From a virus (lineage: Duplodnaviria > Heunggongvirae > Uroviricota > Caudoviricetes), in IMG/VR virus record IMGVR_UViG_3300045988_149348: 42,988 nt of DNA, one strand, 5' to 3'. The notes below the pieces were generated by a model. It worked only from the letters and a program-made list of their open reading frames with translations. It was not told the origin of the DNA and did no database searches. Below are positions 36,006 to 42,988 of this stretch, piece after piece. A program made the translations under genes and the position numbers. Every line of letters begins with the position of its first letter. The stretch's first letter is position 1.

Positions 36006-36197
36006 ATGACAAACCTACCCCATGACTATTACGTCAACCTCGTAAAGATCCTTCTCAAGAAAGCCTCATACGCCGATAAAGTCCGCCTGGCTGAAATCAT
36101 CGAGCGCGAAGCTATGCGCATCGCCAGCAACGATAACGCTGTTTCTGACGCAAAAATCTCCCTCGTAACCAAAGTAGTTATGGGAGGTGCAAAATGA
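36006..36197 (+). CDS. icd-like small ORF, translationally coupled to the antirepressor gene
   Basis: 63-aa ORF whose TGA stop overlaps the ATG of the next gene (ATGA); AAGGG ribosome-binding site lies in a CCTTAA/TTAAGG hairpin. Confidence 0.5.
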   Translation: MTNLPHDYYVNLVKILLKKASYADKVRLAEIIEREAMRIASNDNAVSDAKISLVTKVVMGGAK

Positions 36198-37375
36198 AAA
36201 CGCTTCCGATCGTTAACACCCTACAGCCTATCCTGCATAACCAGATCCCCGTTATCACTACTGAACTACTGGCAAAGCTATACGGCACAGACGTTGATAA
36301 CATCAAAAAAAATTACTCACGTAACGCAACCCGCTTTATTGAAGGAAAGCATTTTTTCAAAGTGGCTGGCGATGAGTTAAAAACTTTGCGAGTGACTTTA
36401 AGTCACTCACAAAATTTGCGACTAGTTTTAAACGAGTCACAAAATGAAGTGCAAATTTCCCCCAAGACTCGCTCTCTCATCCTCTGGACAGAACGCGGGG
36501 CTGCACGTCATGCCAAAATGCTTGAAACTAACCAAGCGTGGGATGTATTCGAACGGCTGGAAGACTGCTATTTCAGCCAGAACGCGCAAACGGCCGCGAC
36601 CGTAACCGTCTCGCCAAACAATGCTCGTGAGGTTGTCGATACGCTCAACGCCAAACCGATGTTTTACATTAAAGTGTGCAACAACGAGCCACTCACAACC
36701 TCAGCCGATGTTGCCCAGGCATTCAGCACCACAAACAATTCCATCGTTATGGCCATCGATGCGCTACGCATTCCTCGCACGGCTGCGGCGCGTCACTTCT
36801 TTAAAGAGCAACGACCGTTGGAAGGAAGCGACCGCGAAATAACAATCTATCGCATGACAAAAGACGGATTTACCTTGCTCATGGAGAGCATCGACGGTCC
36901 AGGCGTGAAAGATATCAAGCTGGCCTACATTGAAGCCTTTAACGCTATCAGCAGCGTGTTAAAAACACAGTACGAGCGTGATCTGGCTAAACGACTGTAC
37001 CAGGAAAAAACGATTATCCGCGCGGCAACAGAGCATAATCGGCTATTAACGGAACCGAACTACAGGAAGGAACTAATCAAGGAGTTTGACAAGGCAACAG
37101 GGAAAACCAAAGCGGCGCTAAATCTGCCAGCAATGACTCAGGAAAATGTGATATCAGCCTTACTTCTTGATCTGCTCAGAAACGCCAGAGCACTTATCAG
37201 CTTTGACGAAAACCTGAATCCTCAGCTCAAGCTACTACCACCGACAGGCAAAGTAGTCGACCAGGCTGATCACAACAGCATACTCAGCGTACTGGATGCA
37301 AACCTGCCAGCCAGGACACTACAGGATCTGATAAAAACATGTGCTGATAAGCTGGCACAGAAAAGCAGACCATAA
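36194..37375 (+). CDS. antirepressor-like protein (ORF6N/KilA-N-like N-domain + Rha-like domain)
   Basis: 393 aa; N-terminal ITTELLAKLYGTDVDNIKKNYSRNATRF (ORF6N-like) and central PLTTSADVAQAFSTTNNSIVMAIDAL (Rha-like), as recalled; GGGAGG ribosome-binding site. Confidence 0.6.
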   Translation: MKTLPIVNTLQPILHNQIPVITTELLAKLYGTDVDNIKKNYSRNATRFIEGKHFFKVAGDELKTLRVTLSHSQNLRLVLNESQNEVQISPKTRSLILWTERGAARHAKMLETNQAWDVFERLEDCYFSQNAQTAATVTVSPNNAREVVDTLNAKPMFYIKVCNNEPLTTSADVAQAFSTTNNSIVMAIDALRIPRTAAARHFFKEQRPLEGSDREITIYRMTKDGFTLLMESIDGPGVKDIKLAYIEAFNAISSVLKTQYERDLAKRLYQEKTIIRAATEHNRLLTEPNYRKELIKEFDKATGKTKAALNLPAMTQENVISALLLDLLRNARALISFDENLNPQLKLLPPTGKVVDQADHNSILSVLDANLPARTLQDLIKTCADKLAQKSRP

Positions 37376-37377
37376 CT

Positions 37378-37399
37378 ACAAGGGGCTACGGCCCCTTAC
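37378..37399 (+). terminator. rho-independent terminator after the antirepressor gene
   Basis: AAGGGGC-TAC-GGCCCCTT hairpin followed by a T-rich tract. Confidence 0.55.
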
Positions 37400-38112
37400 T
37401 CTTTTCTCTCTTATCAACGCCAGAGACTTTCTGAAAATCCTTTCGAATAGCGTCAGCATCACGCGCCAAGCCCATACTGGAATGCGTCGCCATATGACGA
37501 AAATGATCAACTGCCGGAAACAAAGAAATAATGGACCCAATAGCTTGCAGCAAACTCGCTTTTCTACGCATCATAATTCCACCATAACCGATAACCACCC
37601 TTCAGACACAACCCCCCCTCCCCCCATACAGGGTGCCCTTTACCGGAGTTCCGGCCCCTTCTCAAAAGCATCAAAAAAAGCTCGAGATCGAGTACCGGAA
37701 CTCATGCCACCAGATAGCTCCACATCGTTTCCAATGCTTCGCCGCCGTGTGCGCCCTGTGGCCCACAATCATGCCATTGGTCGTCTGATATACCTTCTTC
37801 TGCTCATAGAGCACAGGCGAGTTGTCGCACTCCTGCCTTTCTCAGACTCGACTTAGTTTAGATCGCTGTTCCTGGCTTGCGTCAGCACACTTTCCCCTTG
37901 TACGCATACCCGCGCGCCACTTCGCCCAAAAACACCGAACCCAACGAAGTGGCAAAGACAACGACGCGAGCGTGAGTCTGAAATGGGCACCAGTAAAAAA
38001 GGGGTTGCAGGCGCAAAAAGATTTGATTATCTTTAGACGCAAGAAAGCCGCCCCAATCAAGAGGTGTCTTTTTAAATCCAGCCTACCAAGCAAGATTTAA
38101 ATTTCAGACTGA

Positions 38113-38137
38113 AAACCGCCCGGCAAGGCGGTTTTTG
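38113..38137. terminator. bidirectional rho-independent terminator
   Basis: ACCGCC-CGGCAA-GGCGGT hairpin flanked by AAAA on one side and TTTTT on the other; downstream of the minus-strand operon 38901..38185. Confidence 0.6.
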
Positions 38138-38184
38138 TCTTTCTGGCGCTTACATTACACCACCATAAAACGATCCGTAAAGGA

Positions 38185-38457
38185 TCATTTGATCCCTTGT
38201 TCCAATTCTGACGACACTTTAACCTTTTCCCATACAAGGGTTTGCAGCCTTAACAGAATCGCATCTTTATCAAGGTGTGAAAGATCCTTAACCATATCGT
38301 CAAACGACAGAACGCGAATGGCCATCTCAATGACCCTCGGCGGCTCCCCCTTCTCATATCGCTTATATGTAGCCAACGATATCCCAAATTCTTCGGCGGC
38401 TCGCTCCTGCGTCCAGTTCATCCCACGACGCCATAATTTCAATTCATAACCCGTCAT
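38185..38457 (-). CDS. Cro/C1-type helix-turn-helix DNA-binding protein
   Basis: 90 aa from ATG 38457 (GAGGAGG upstream); WTQERAAEEFGISLATYKRYE helix-turn-helix. Confidence 0.55.
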   Translation of the reverse strand: MTGYELKLWRRGMNWTQERAAEEFGISLATYKRYEKGEPPRVIEMAIRVLSFDDMVKDLSHLDKDAILLRLQTLVWEKVKVSSELEQGIK

Positions 38458-38520
38458 AGCATCCTCCTCGCACAATATTAACACTCGCAAAGTGTCAAAA
38501 TGACACTTTGCGCATTGTGT

Positions 38521-38901
38521 TTACTTAACGAGGAATAAAAATGGTTTATTGTTCGGCGGTGTAATCGGGGCTGGCTCGCTTTTGCTCATGCGGTCAGTGT
38601 ACCAGGCCAGCTCCTTGTCAAAGTAAGCCTGATTAAAATAGGCCATGAATGTGGTTTCAAATCCATAACGACCGCTAATACGCAGCATCTGATTGCCGTT
38701 CTCTGTTTCCAGATATACCAGGGCACGCTCCTGATTCTCCTTCAGCCAGGTTAAAGCCTCATCGCACGAGGACACACGATACTCATCATCGTAGCCGTCA
38801 TCGATGCGGCTTGAAGAAGAACGGCAAATCACGCCAACAGAACCAGCCAGGATAGTTTGAATTTTAAGGAAAGCGTTTTTGCGGATTTTAATCATGCTCA
38901 T
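38521..38901 (-). CDS. hypothetical protein driven by copy B of the duplicated leader
   Basis: 126-aa ORF; 5' region identical to that of 28245..29312 up to the ribosome-binding site. Confidence 0.45.
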   Translation of the reverse strand: MSMIKIRKNAFLKIQTILAGSVGVICRSSSSRIDDGYDDEYRVSSCDEALTWLKENQERALVYLETENGNQMLRISGRYGFETTFMAYFNQAYFDKELAWYTDRMSKSEPAPITPPNNKPFLFLVK

Positions 38902-38908
38902 CGGGTTA

Positions 38909-39021
38909 TCTCCGGTTTAACCAGGGCGGGTATCGCTCGGTTTCGGGTATAACCATAGGAAATTTTTTCCCACCTGTAAAGAACCTTTTTATATAAATCT
39001 ATAATTATATAACTCTATGAG
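38909..39021 (-). promoter_or_regulatory. duplicated ~100-bp promoter/leader module, copy B
   Basis: Near-identical to 29319..29420, including the TATAAATCTATAATTATATA 20-mer. Confidence 0.55.
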
Positions 39022-39065
39022 CACAAAAAAGCCCCTTTGCAACAGGGGCTTATCATTCGTTCTGA

Positions 39066-39365
39066 TCAGATGTTAAACGCTATTCGTTTTCCTGTGGGAA
39101 GCTCAACATCCAGGCTTAATTTGCCTCCCATAGCTTCAACGTAACGCTTTAATGTCGCCAGCTTTAAATCATTTCCGCGCTGCTCCAGCTTTGTTACTGC
39201 TGGCTGGCTTATACCCATCGCCTCAGCAACCTGTTTTTGTGATAACTGGAGTTCTTCACGCATCATCTGCAAGCCGACCTCAAGAATCATCTCATCTGCC
39301 ATTTCTTTAATTCGCGCCTGGCTTTCAGGTGAACGGCTGGCAATCACCTCATCTAATGTTCTCAT
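39066..39365 (-). CDS. HigA-like antitoxin (HTH_XRE)
   Basis: 99 aa; helix-turn-helix LSQKQVAEAMGISQPAVTKLEQ; start overlaps the stop of the upstream toxin-like gene. Confidence 0.6.
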   Translation of the reverse strand: MRTLDEVIASRSPESQARIKEMADEMILEVGLQMMREELQLSQKQVAEAMGISQPAVTKLEQRGNDLKLATLKRYVEAMGGKLSLDVELPTGKRIAFNI

Positions 39366-39718
39366 TACTTGCTCTCCAGTGTGTTCAGATGTGCTGCAAA
39401 CTCATCCTCAGCTATACGCACCAGTTTTTTATAAAACCGCTTATCGTTACTTTTGTCTCCTGCACAAAGAACGATAGCCCGGCGAATCGGATCGAACGCA
39501 TAAAAGGCTCTTATCGGACGGCCAGAAAACTGAACGCGAAGCTCTTTCATATTTTTGTACCGAGAACCTTTTACGGTATCGGCATATGGCCTGGGTAACT
39601 CAGGTCCGTAAACCTGTAGATTTTTCAAATCAGCCAAAACCTTTTCCTGAAGAGCGTCTTCTTGCTCATTTAGCCAGTCGTCAAATCGCTGGCTAAAAAG
39701 TACCGTCCACATGATCAA
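39365..39718 (-). CDS. HigB/RelE-family (Gp49-like) addiction-module toxin
   Basis: 117 aa; W.V.F...F..WL...GS....MKELR...YRA.Y......IVL..G.K pattern as recalled for the killer-protein family; toxin-first order. Confidence 0.6.
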   Translation of the reverse strand: MIMWTVLFSQRFDDWLNEQEDALQEKVLADLKNLQVYGPELPRPYADTVKGSRYKNMKELRVQFSGRPIRAFYAFDPIRRAIVLCAGDKSNDKRFYKKLVRIAEDEFAAHLNTLESK

Positions 39719-39956
39719 TCCTATAACCTGTAGTTTATATCACTAACTATATAACCCGTAGATTATAATTTCAAGAAAAACGGGGCTATTTAACATAATG
39801 GACGTTATCGGCACCACCGGAGCACCGTTCATTGTCGGATCTAAAAAATCCGCTCAAAAGATCATGTTTTCCTGGGCGTTTTCCACCGTTTTTTATGTTG
39901 CTTATTTGTTAATAAAATCTCGTTTCCAGTTTCGCCTCATTTTCGACGCGAAAGCC

Positions 39957-40247
39957 CTATTTTTGTGACTTTACTCCTGGCATATGGACTTCCCAGCGCC
40001 GAATCCCCATAGCTGCGCAAAAATCAGCCACATAATTCAATCCCGCCCATTCGCGGATACCACCACGGGCTTTTTCAATGAAAACGGCAATCCCTTTTTT
40101 ATTGAGAGCAAAAAGCCGCCAGCTTTTTGTCACTTCGTCCTGGGTAGCCACAACACAAGTGAAAGCTCCCATGCGATACAGGTCCAAGAACTCTTTGCGT
40201 GTTTTGCGTACAAGTTCCATAACAAACCTCATATTTGCATGTTTCAA
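39957..40247 (-). CDS. hypothetical protein
   Basis: 96-aa ORF, 4-nt overlap with the upstream HTH gene. Confidence 0.4.
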   Translation of the reverse strand: MKHANMRFVMELVRKTRKEFLDLYRMGAFTCVVATQDEVTKSWRLFALNKKGIAVFIEKARGGIREWAGLNYVADFCAAMGIRRWEVHMPGVKSQK

Positions 40248-40543
40248 ACATCTGTTTTGTTATCAATGAAGATTAACCCTAACCCAGCGAAGTAACACAG
40301 CAGCGCCCAGGCTGCATACGGAATGCTGGATCTGGATGTGGACTCCTTTAACATCTGCCAGTTGCGAACATTGCGACTATCTTTTAAGCCAAGTTTTTTG
40401 GCCAACTGCGAGCCGCTCATTCCGGTCAGGCCAATGACTGCCCGAACTTCTCCACATGTAGGAGATTCCCATTCATCCGCTTTTTTTAAACAAGCCGGAT
40501 TCAACATTTTTAAAACAGTATCTTTATCCATAACCATCTCCAT
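40244..40543 (-). CDS. helix-turn-helix protein with hydrophobic C-terminal segment
   Basis: 99 aa; MSGSQLAKKLGLKDSRNVRNW helix-turn-helix-like; AGGAAA-TC-TTTTCCT palindrome upstream. Confidence 0.4.
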   Translation of the reverse strand: MEMVMDKDTVLKMLNPACLKKADEWESPTCGEVRAVIGLTGMSGSQLAKKLGLKDSRNVRNWQMLKESTSRSSIPYAAWALLCYFAGLGLIFIDNKTDV

Positions 40544-40895
40544 TTATTATATCTACGATGGTAGGAAATCTTTTCCTATGTGGCAATAGAAATTTACTAC
40601 ATTGCGTATAAGACAAGTTTTCTATGTCTAATAGGAAATGATGTTTCTTACGTTTTATCGCGTTCTGATGGCTACTGTGTGCGTATTTATCGACGTTTAT
40701 TGATAAGGCTCGCTCCTTCCTCCTGCAAAGCCCGGCCGTAGGCCTTATTTCGGCCTTATATAAATTGATTTTGTATAGTTCGAAACGCGCCGTTTCGAAA
40801 AGGATGATCAGGCTGCTCCATGCCTCCGGCAAGTGCCGGAGGAGGTATATTTGAGCGTAGCGATTCGAACCGGCGCGAGCTTTAGCTCGCTGCAA

Positions 40896-41174
40896 GGGCG
40901 AACATATTCACAGGCAAAGCCTGCGTAAGTTAAATAAAGAAAGTCTTAATAAAAGAAAGTGATTTTGCATTTATTTGTTTAGTGCATCTATTATAAAAAA
41001 CCATTTGCATATATATATCAAAACTGTGGATAACTTTATTAGCCGATGCCTGTAAAGGCGATATTTTTGCTGTGTTCAGGTTTAGAGAAAATTAATTTAG
41101 ATTGTTTTTTGAACAGATGTTTTATTGCGACGTAGATAATCCTCCGGTAAAACCGGATTCATCATTCAGGTGGG
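40896..41174. other. candidate replication origin region downstream of repA
   Basis: AT-rich non-coding stretch with a perfect DnaA box (TTATCCACA on minus strand, 41025..41033); position relative to repA as in IncFII oriR. Confidence 0.45.
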
Positions 41175-42023
41175 TTAATGTTGGAGTGATTTCCAGGTCT
41201 TTCTTAACCTGTTATAACGCTGCTCAACGAGGGATCGTAAATATGCAAGGTCAGCACCTGGATACATGCCATCAGCAAATTCCTGACTAACCTCTCTAGT
41301 GATTTGATGACGAAGTTCGGCCTCTCCCTTTTCCTGAACAAGACGCGCAGCTCTCTCCGCTGCTTTCTGTTTTGCCTTTATCTCTCTGGCCGTCTTCCTC
41401 TGACGCCATACATTCTCCATCTGCTCCTGAATAACAATACGCTTATAATCAGCCTCCGTTATCGCTTTTTTAAGCCGTTCGCTATTCTTCGCATTGAAGT
41501 AATTAAGTTTCTGGCTAACCGCACGTCTCCATGCTTGTTCAGTAATACCAACGGTTTCCAGCAGTTGATCACGAATCTCTATTTTCGCTGGCCAATACTG
41601 TTTATTCACCCGATCCCAGCGACGTTCATAATCAATAAAACCTAACGCTTTCAGTTGCGACAACGCCCTTGTACAGCGCGTTATAGACTTGTTCCCAGCT
41701 TCGGATACGGTAGACAGGCCGCAAAAATCAGCCAACGCCTCAGCACTAGCCAGAACCCGCTTAGAAATGATGTTTACATGGTGCAAAATCGCAGCGATCA
41801 CAGCATTAATCGCCCGACGACGATGCTCGTTTATCCGGCGCTTCCGCTCTGACGGTTGATTAACGTAGAACGCAACCTCACACGTAAGATCACGCCCATT
41901 AATGCGCTGTAAAGCATCAGATAACACCAGCGGCAGCTTGTGCGTATGGTGCTTTGGAGGCTGGAACTCCGGCGACAAATTACAAACGTAAGCTGAACGT
42001 AGAGACGGCATTGGTCTATCCAT
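41175..42023 (-). CDS. repA: plasmid replication initiator RepA, IncFII RepA1-like
   Basis: 283 aa from ATG 42023; CGLSTVSEAGNKSITRCTRALSQLKALGFIDYERRWD matches the RepA1 core motif as recalled. The ORF track's longer form (to 42185) starts at a TTG. Confidence 0.75.
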   Translation of the reverse strand: MDRPMPSLRSAYVCNLSPEFQPPKHHTHKLPLVLSDALQRINGRDLTCEVAFYVNQPSERKRRINEHRRRAINAVIAAILHHVNIISKRVLASAEALADFCGLSTVSEAGNKSITRCTRALSQLKALGFIDYERRWDRVNKQYWPAKIEIRDQLLETVGITEQAWRRAVSQKLNYFNAKNSERLKKAITEADYKRIVIQEQMENVWRQRKTAREIKAKQKAAERAARLVQEKGEAELRHQITREVSQEFADGMYPGADLAYLRSLVEQRYNRLRKTWKSLQH

Positions 42024-42067
42024 ATGTTCGCTCTTGCGTCCACGGAAAACCAACGTATAATGGGAGT

Positions 42068-42148
42068 TGTCGATGCGCCCATGGATATTGTTGTTGGTTT
42101 TCCGTGGATGTCGCAAGAAGCCCGCAGATTTATCTGCGGGCTTTTTGT
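42068..42148 (+). ncRNA. candidate CopA-like antisense RNA (countertranscript to the repA leader)
   Basis: Plus-strand promoter TTGCGT-16-TATAAT (-10 at 42056..42061); stem-loop CCAUGGA/UCCGUGG; terminator GCCCGCAGA-TTTA-TCTGCGGGC plus TTTTT (42120..42146); lies 45-125 nt upstream of repA on the opposite strand. Confidence 0.55.
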
Positions 42149-42190
42149 TTCCATATCTGGTCACTTTCCAACCAGACACCCACAATCATA

Positions 42191-42205
42191 ACCACGTTAC
42201 GTGGT
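42191..42205. promoter_or_regulatory. operator, ACCAC-N5-GTGGT family (ACCACGTTACGTGGT), upstream of repA
   Basis: Perfect 15-bp inverted repeat in the spacer of a putative minus-strand promoter with -10 TATGAT. Confidence 0.55.
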
Positions 42206-42335
42206 TTTAAGAGAACTCTACCACAACACTTTCGGTCATGCACGAAGTCTCTCACTGATCGAACGATAATCCACCAGTAAAAGGATCTAAATTGGATCTC
42301 GTTTTGCGAGCATCATACTACTGGCCTAACTCCAG

Positions 42336-42890
42336 TCAATGATTCCCAGCCGGAAACCTGCGGTAAAGCGTGGATAAGGTAACATCGAAGATAATCGCTA
42401 TCCGCTTACGTGAAACACCATTCGCAATAAGCCTTCCGATCTGTTCCCATTGCTCTGGTGCCAATTTTGAGCGGCGTCCTCCTATCCTGCCGTTAGCCCT
42501 TGCCACCGCCAATCCTGCACGCGTTCTTTCAATCATATTTTCCCGCTCCATCTCTGCGACTGCACTCAGCATCGTGTAGGCAAAGCGGCCAATTGAAGTG
42601 CTAATTTTTATCCCTTCCGTAATCGAAATAAACTCAATGTTGTTTGATAAAAAATAGTTAAGTAAATCAACAAGATGAATCAGAGAACGCCCCATTCGGT
42701 CCAGCTTCCAGACAATAACCGTATCGCCCGGCCGTAACACCTTCAGTAGCTTATCAAGTCCTGGTCGTTTTGATTTAGCACCGGATATTTTATCTTCAAA
42801 AATCCGGTCACATCCTGAACTCCTGAGCGCTTCCAGTTGTAATTCCAAATTCTGGTCAAAAGTTGACACCCTCGCATAACCATATTGCAT
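42336..42890 (-). CDS. serine recombinase, Gin/Hin/Cin-family DNA invertase
   Basis: 184 aa; YARVSTFDQNLELQ catalytic-serine motif, VWKLDRMGRS, C-terminal GRIGGRR...LSTLYRRFPA helix-turn-helix; closely parallels Gin as recalled; gix-like site about 65 bp upstream. Confidence 0.8.
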   Translation of the reverse strand: MQYGYARVSTFDQNLELQLEALRSSGCDRIFEDKISGAKSKRPGLDKLLKVLRPGDTVIVWKLDRMGRSLIHLVDLLNYFLSNNIEFISITEGIKISTSIGRFAYTMLSAVAEMERENMIERTRAGLAVARANGRIGGRRSKLAPEQWEQIGRLIANGVSRKRIAIIFDVTLSTLYRRFPAGNH

Positions 42891-42953
42891 ACTTTCTAAA
42901 CCGCGATTGTTGCTAAAAGCGGAAAAAAATATCGTTCAGACGACACAGAGGCA

Positions 42954-42988
42954 ATTCGCAAAAACCTCGGTTTACAGGAAACGGTAAA
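42954..42988. repeat. gix/hix-like invertase crossover site (right copy); inverted-repeat partner of 1..35
   Basis: Reverse complement of 42954..42979 is TTCCTGTAAACCGAGGTTTTTGCGAA; 25-bp perfect inverted repeat with window positions 1..25. Confidence 0.7.

Noticed and set aside
37341-38100. ORFs 37341..37856, 37386..37598, 37822..38100 and 37842..38093
   Set aside because: Mutually overlapping on both strands, low-complexity translations, one encoded through a terminator hairpin; kept as a non-coding region rather than CDS.
40524-40895. 123-aa minus-strand ORF across the palindrome cluster
   Set aside because: Spans multiple perfect palindromes and the end of the adjacent HTH gene; basic low-complexity translation.
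41175-42185. Long form of RepA (336 aa) and overlapping ORFs 41831..42154 and 41954..42280
   Set aside because: The long form starts at a TTG and runs through the antisense-RNA target region; the ATG at 42023 gives a RepA1-length protein. No short leader peptide ending at the repA start was found, so none is claimed.
1-42988. CRISPR array, rRNA genes, integrase or IS transposase
   Set aside because: No regularly spaced short direct repeats with unique spacers, no rRNA-like sequence, and no tyrosine-recombinase or transposase-like ORF was recognised; the only recombinase is the Gin-type invertase.

Overview
The window reads as a nearly complete, mosaic temperate phage with plasmid-type maintenance functions; no integrase or attachment site was recognised. 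All calls are from reading the sequence and ORF track by eye, with no database search, so protein family names rest on recalled motifs. Positions 1-25100 (minus strand) hold a late operon: a tail fibre cut by the window edge, a Mu/P2-like contractile-tail baseplate, tape measure, tube and sheath, a lambda-like head module, Nu1/GpA-type terminase, a GC-rich cluster of three ParB-domain proteins (one fused to a SAM methyltransferase), a CAU-anticodon tRNA and a lysis cassette. Positions 25450-31832 (minus) carry a Q-like antiterminator, nin-like genes and a seven-gene accessory block. Around 31833-32720 is a CI-like/Cro-like switch with ACCAC-N5-GTGGT operators that recur upstream of a candidate c4-like antisense RNA/icd/antirepressor module and of an IncFII-like RepA/CopA replicon. 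Also present are a ParA/ParG-like partition pair, a HigB/HigA-like toxin-antitoxin pair, a duplicated ~100-bp promoter/leader module, and a Gin-family invertase whose gix-like sites form inverted repeats at the two window ends.
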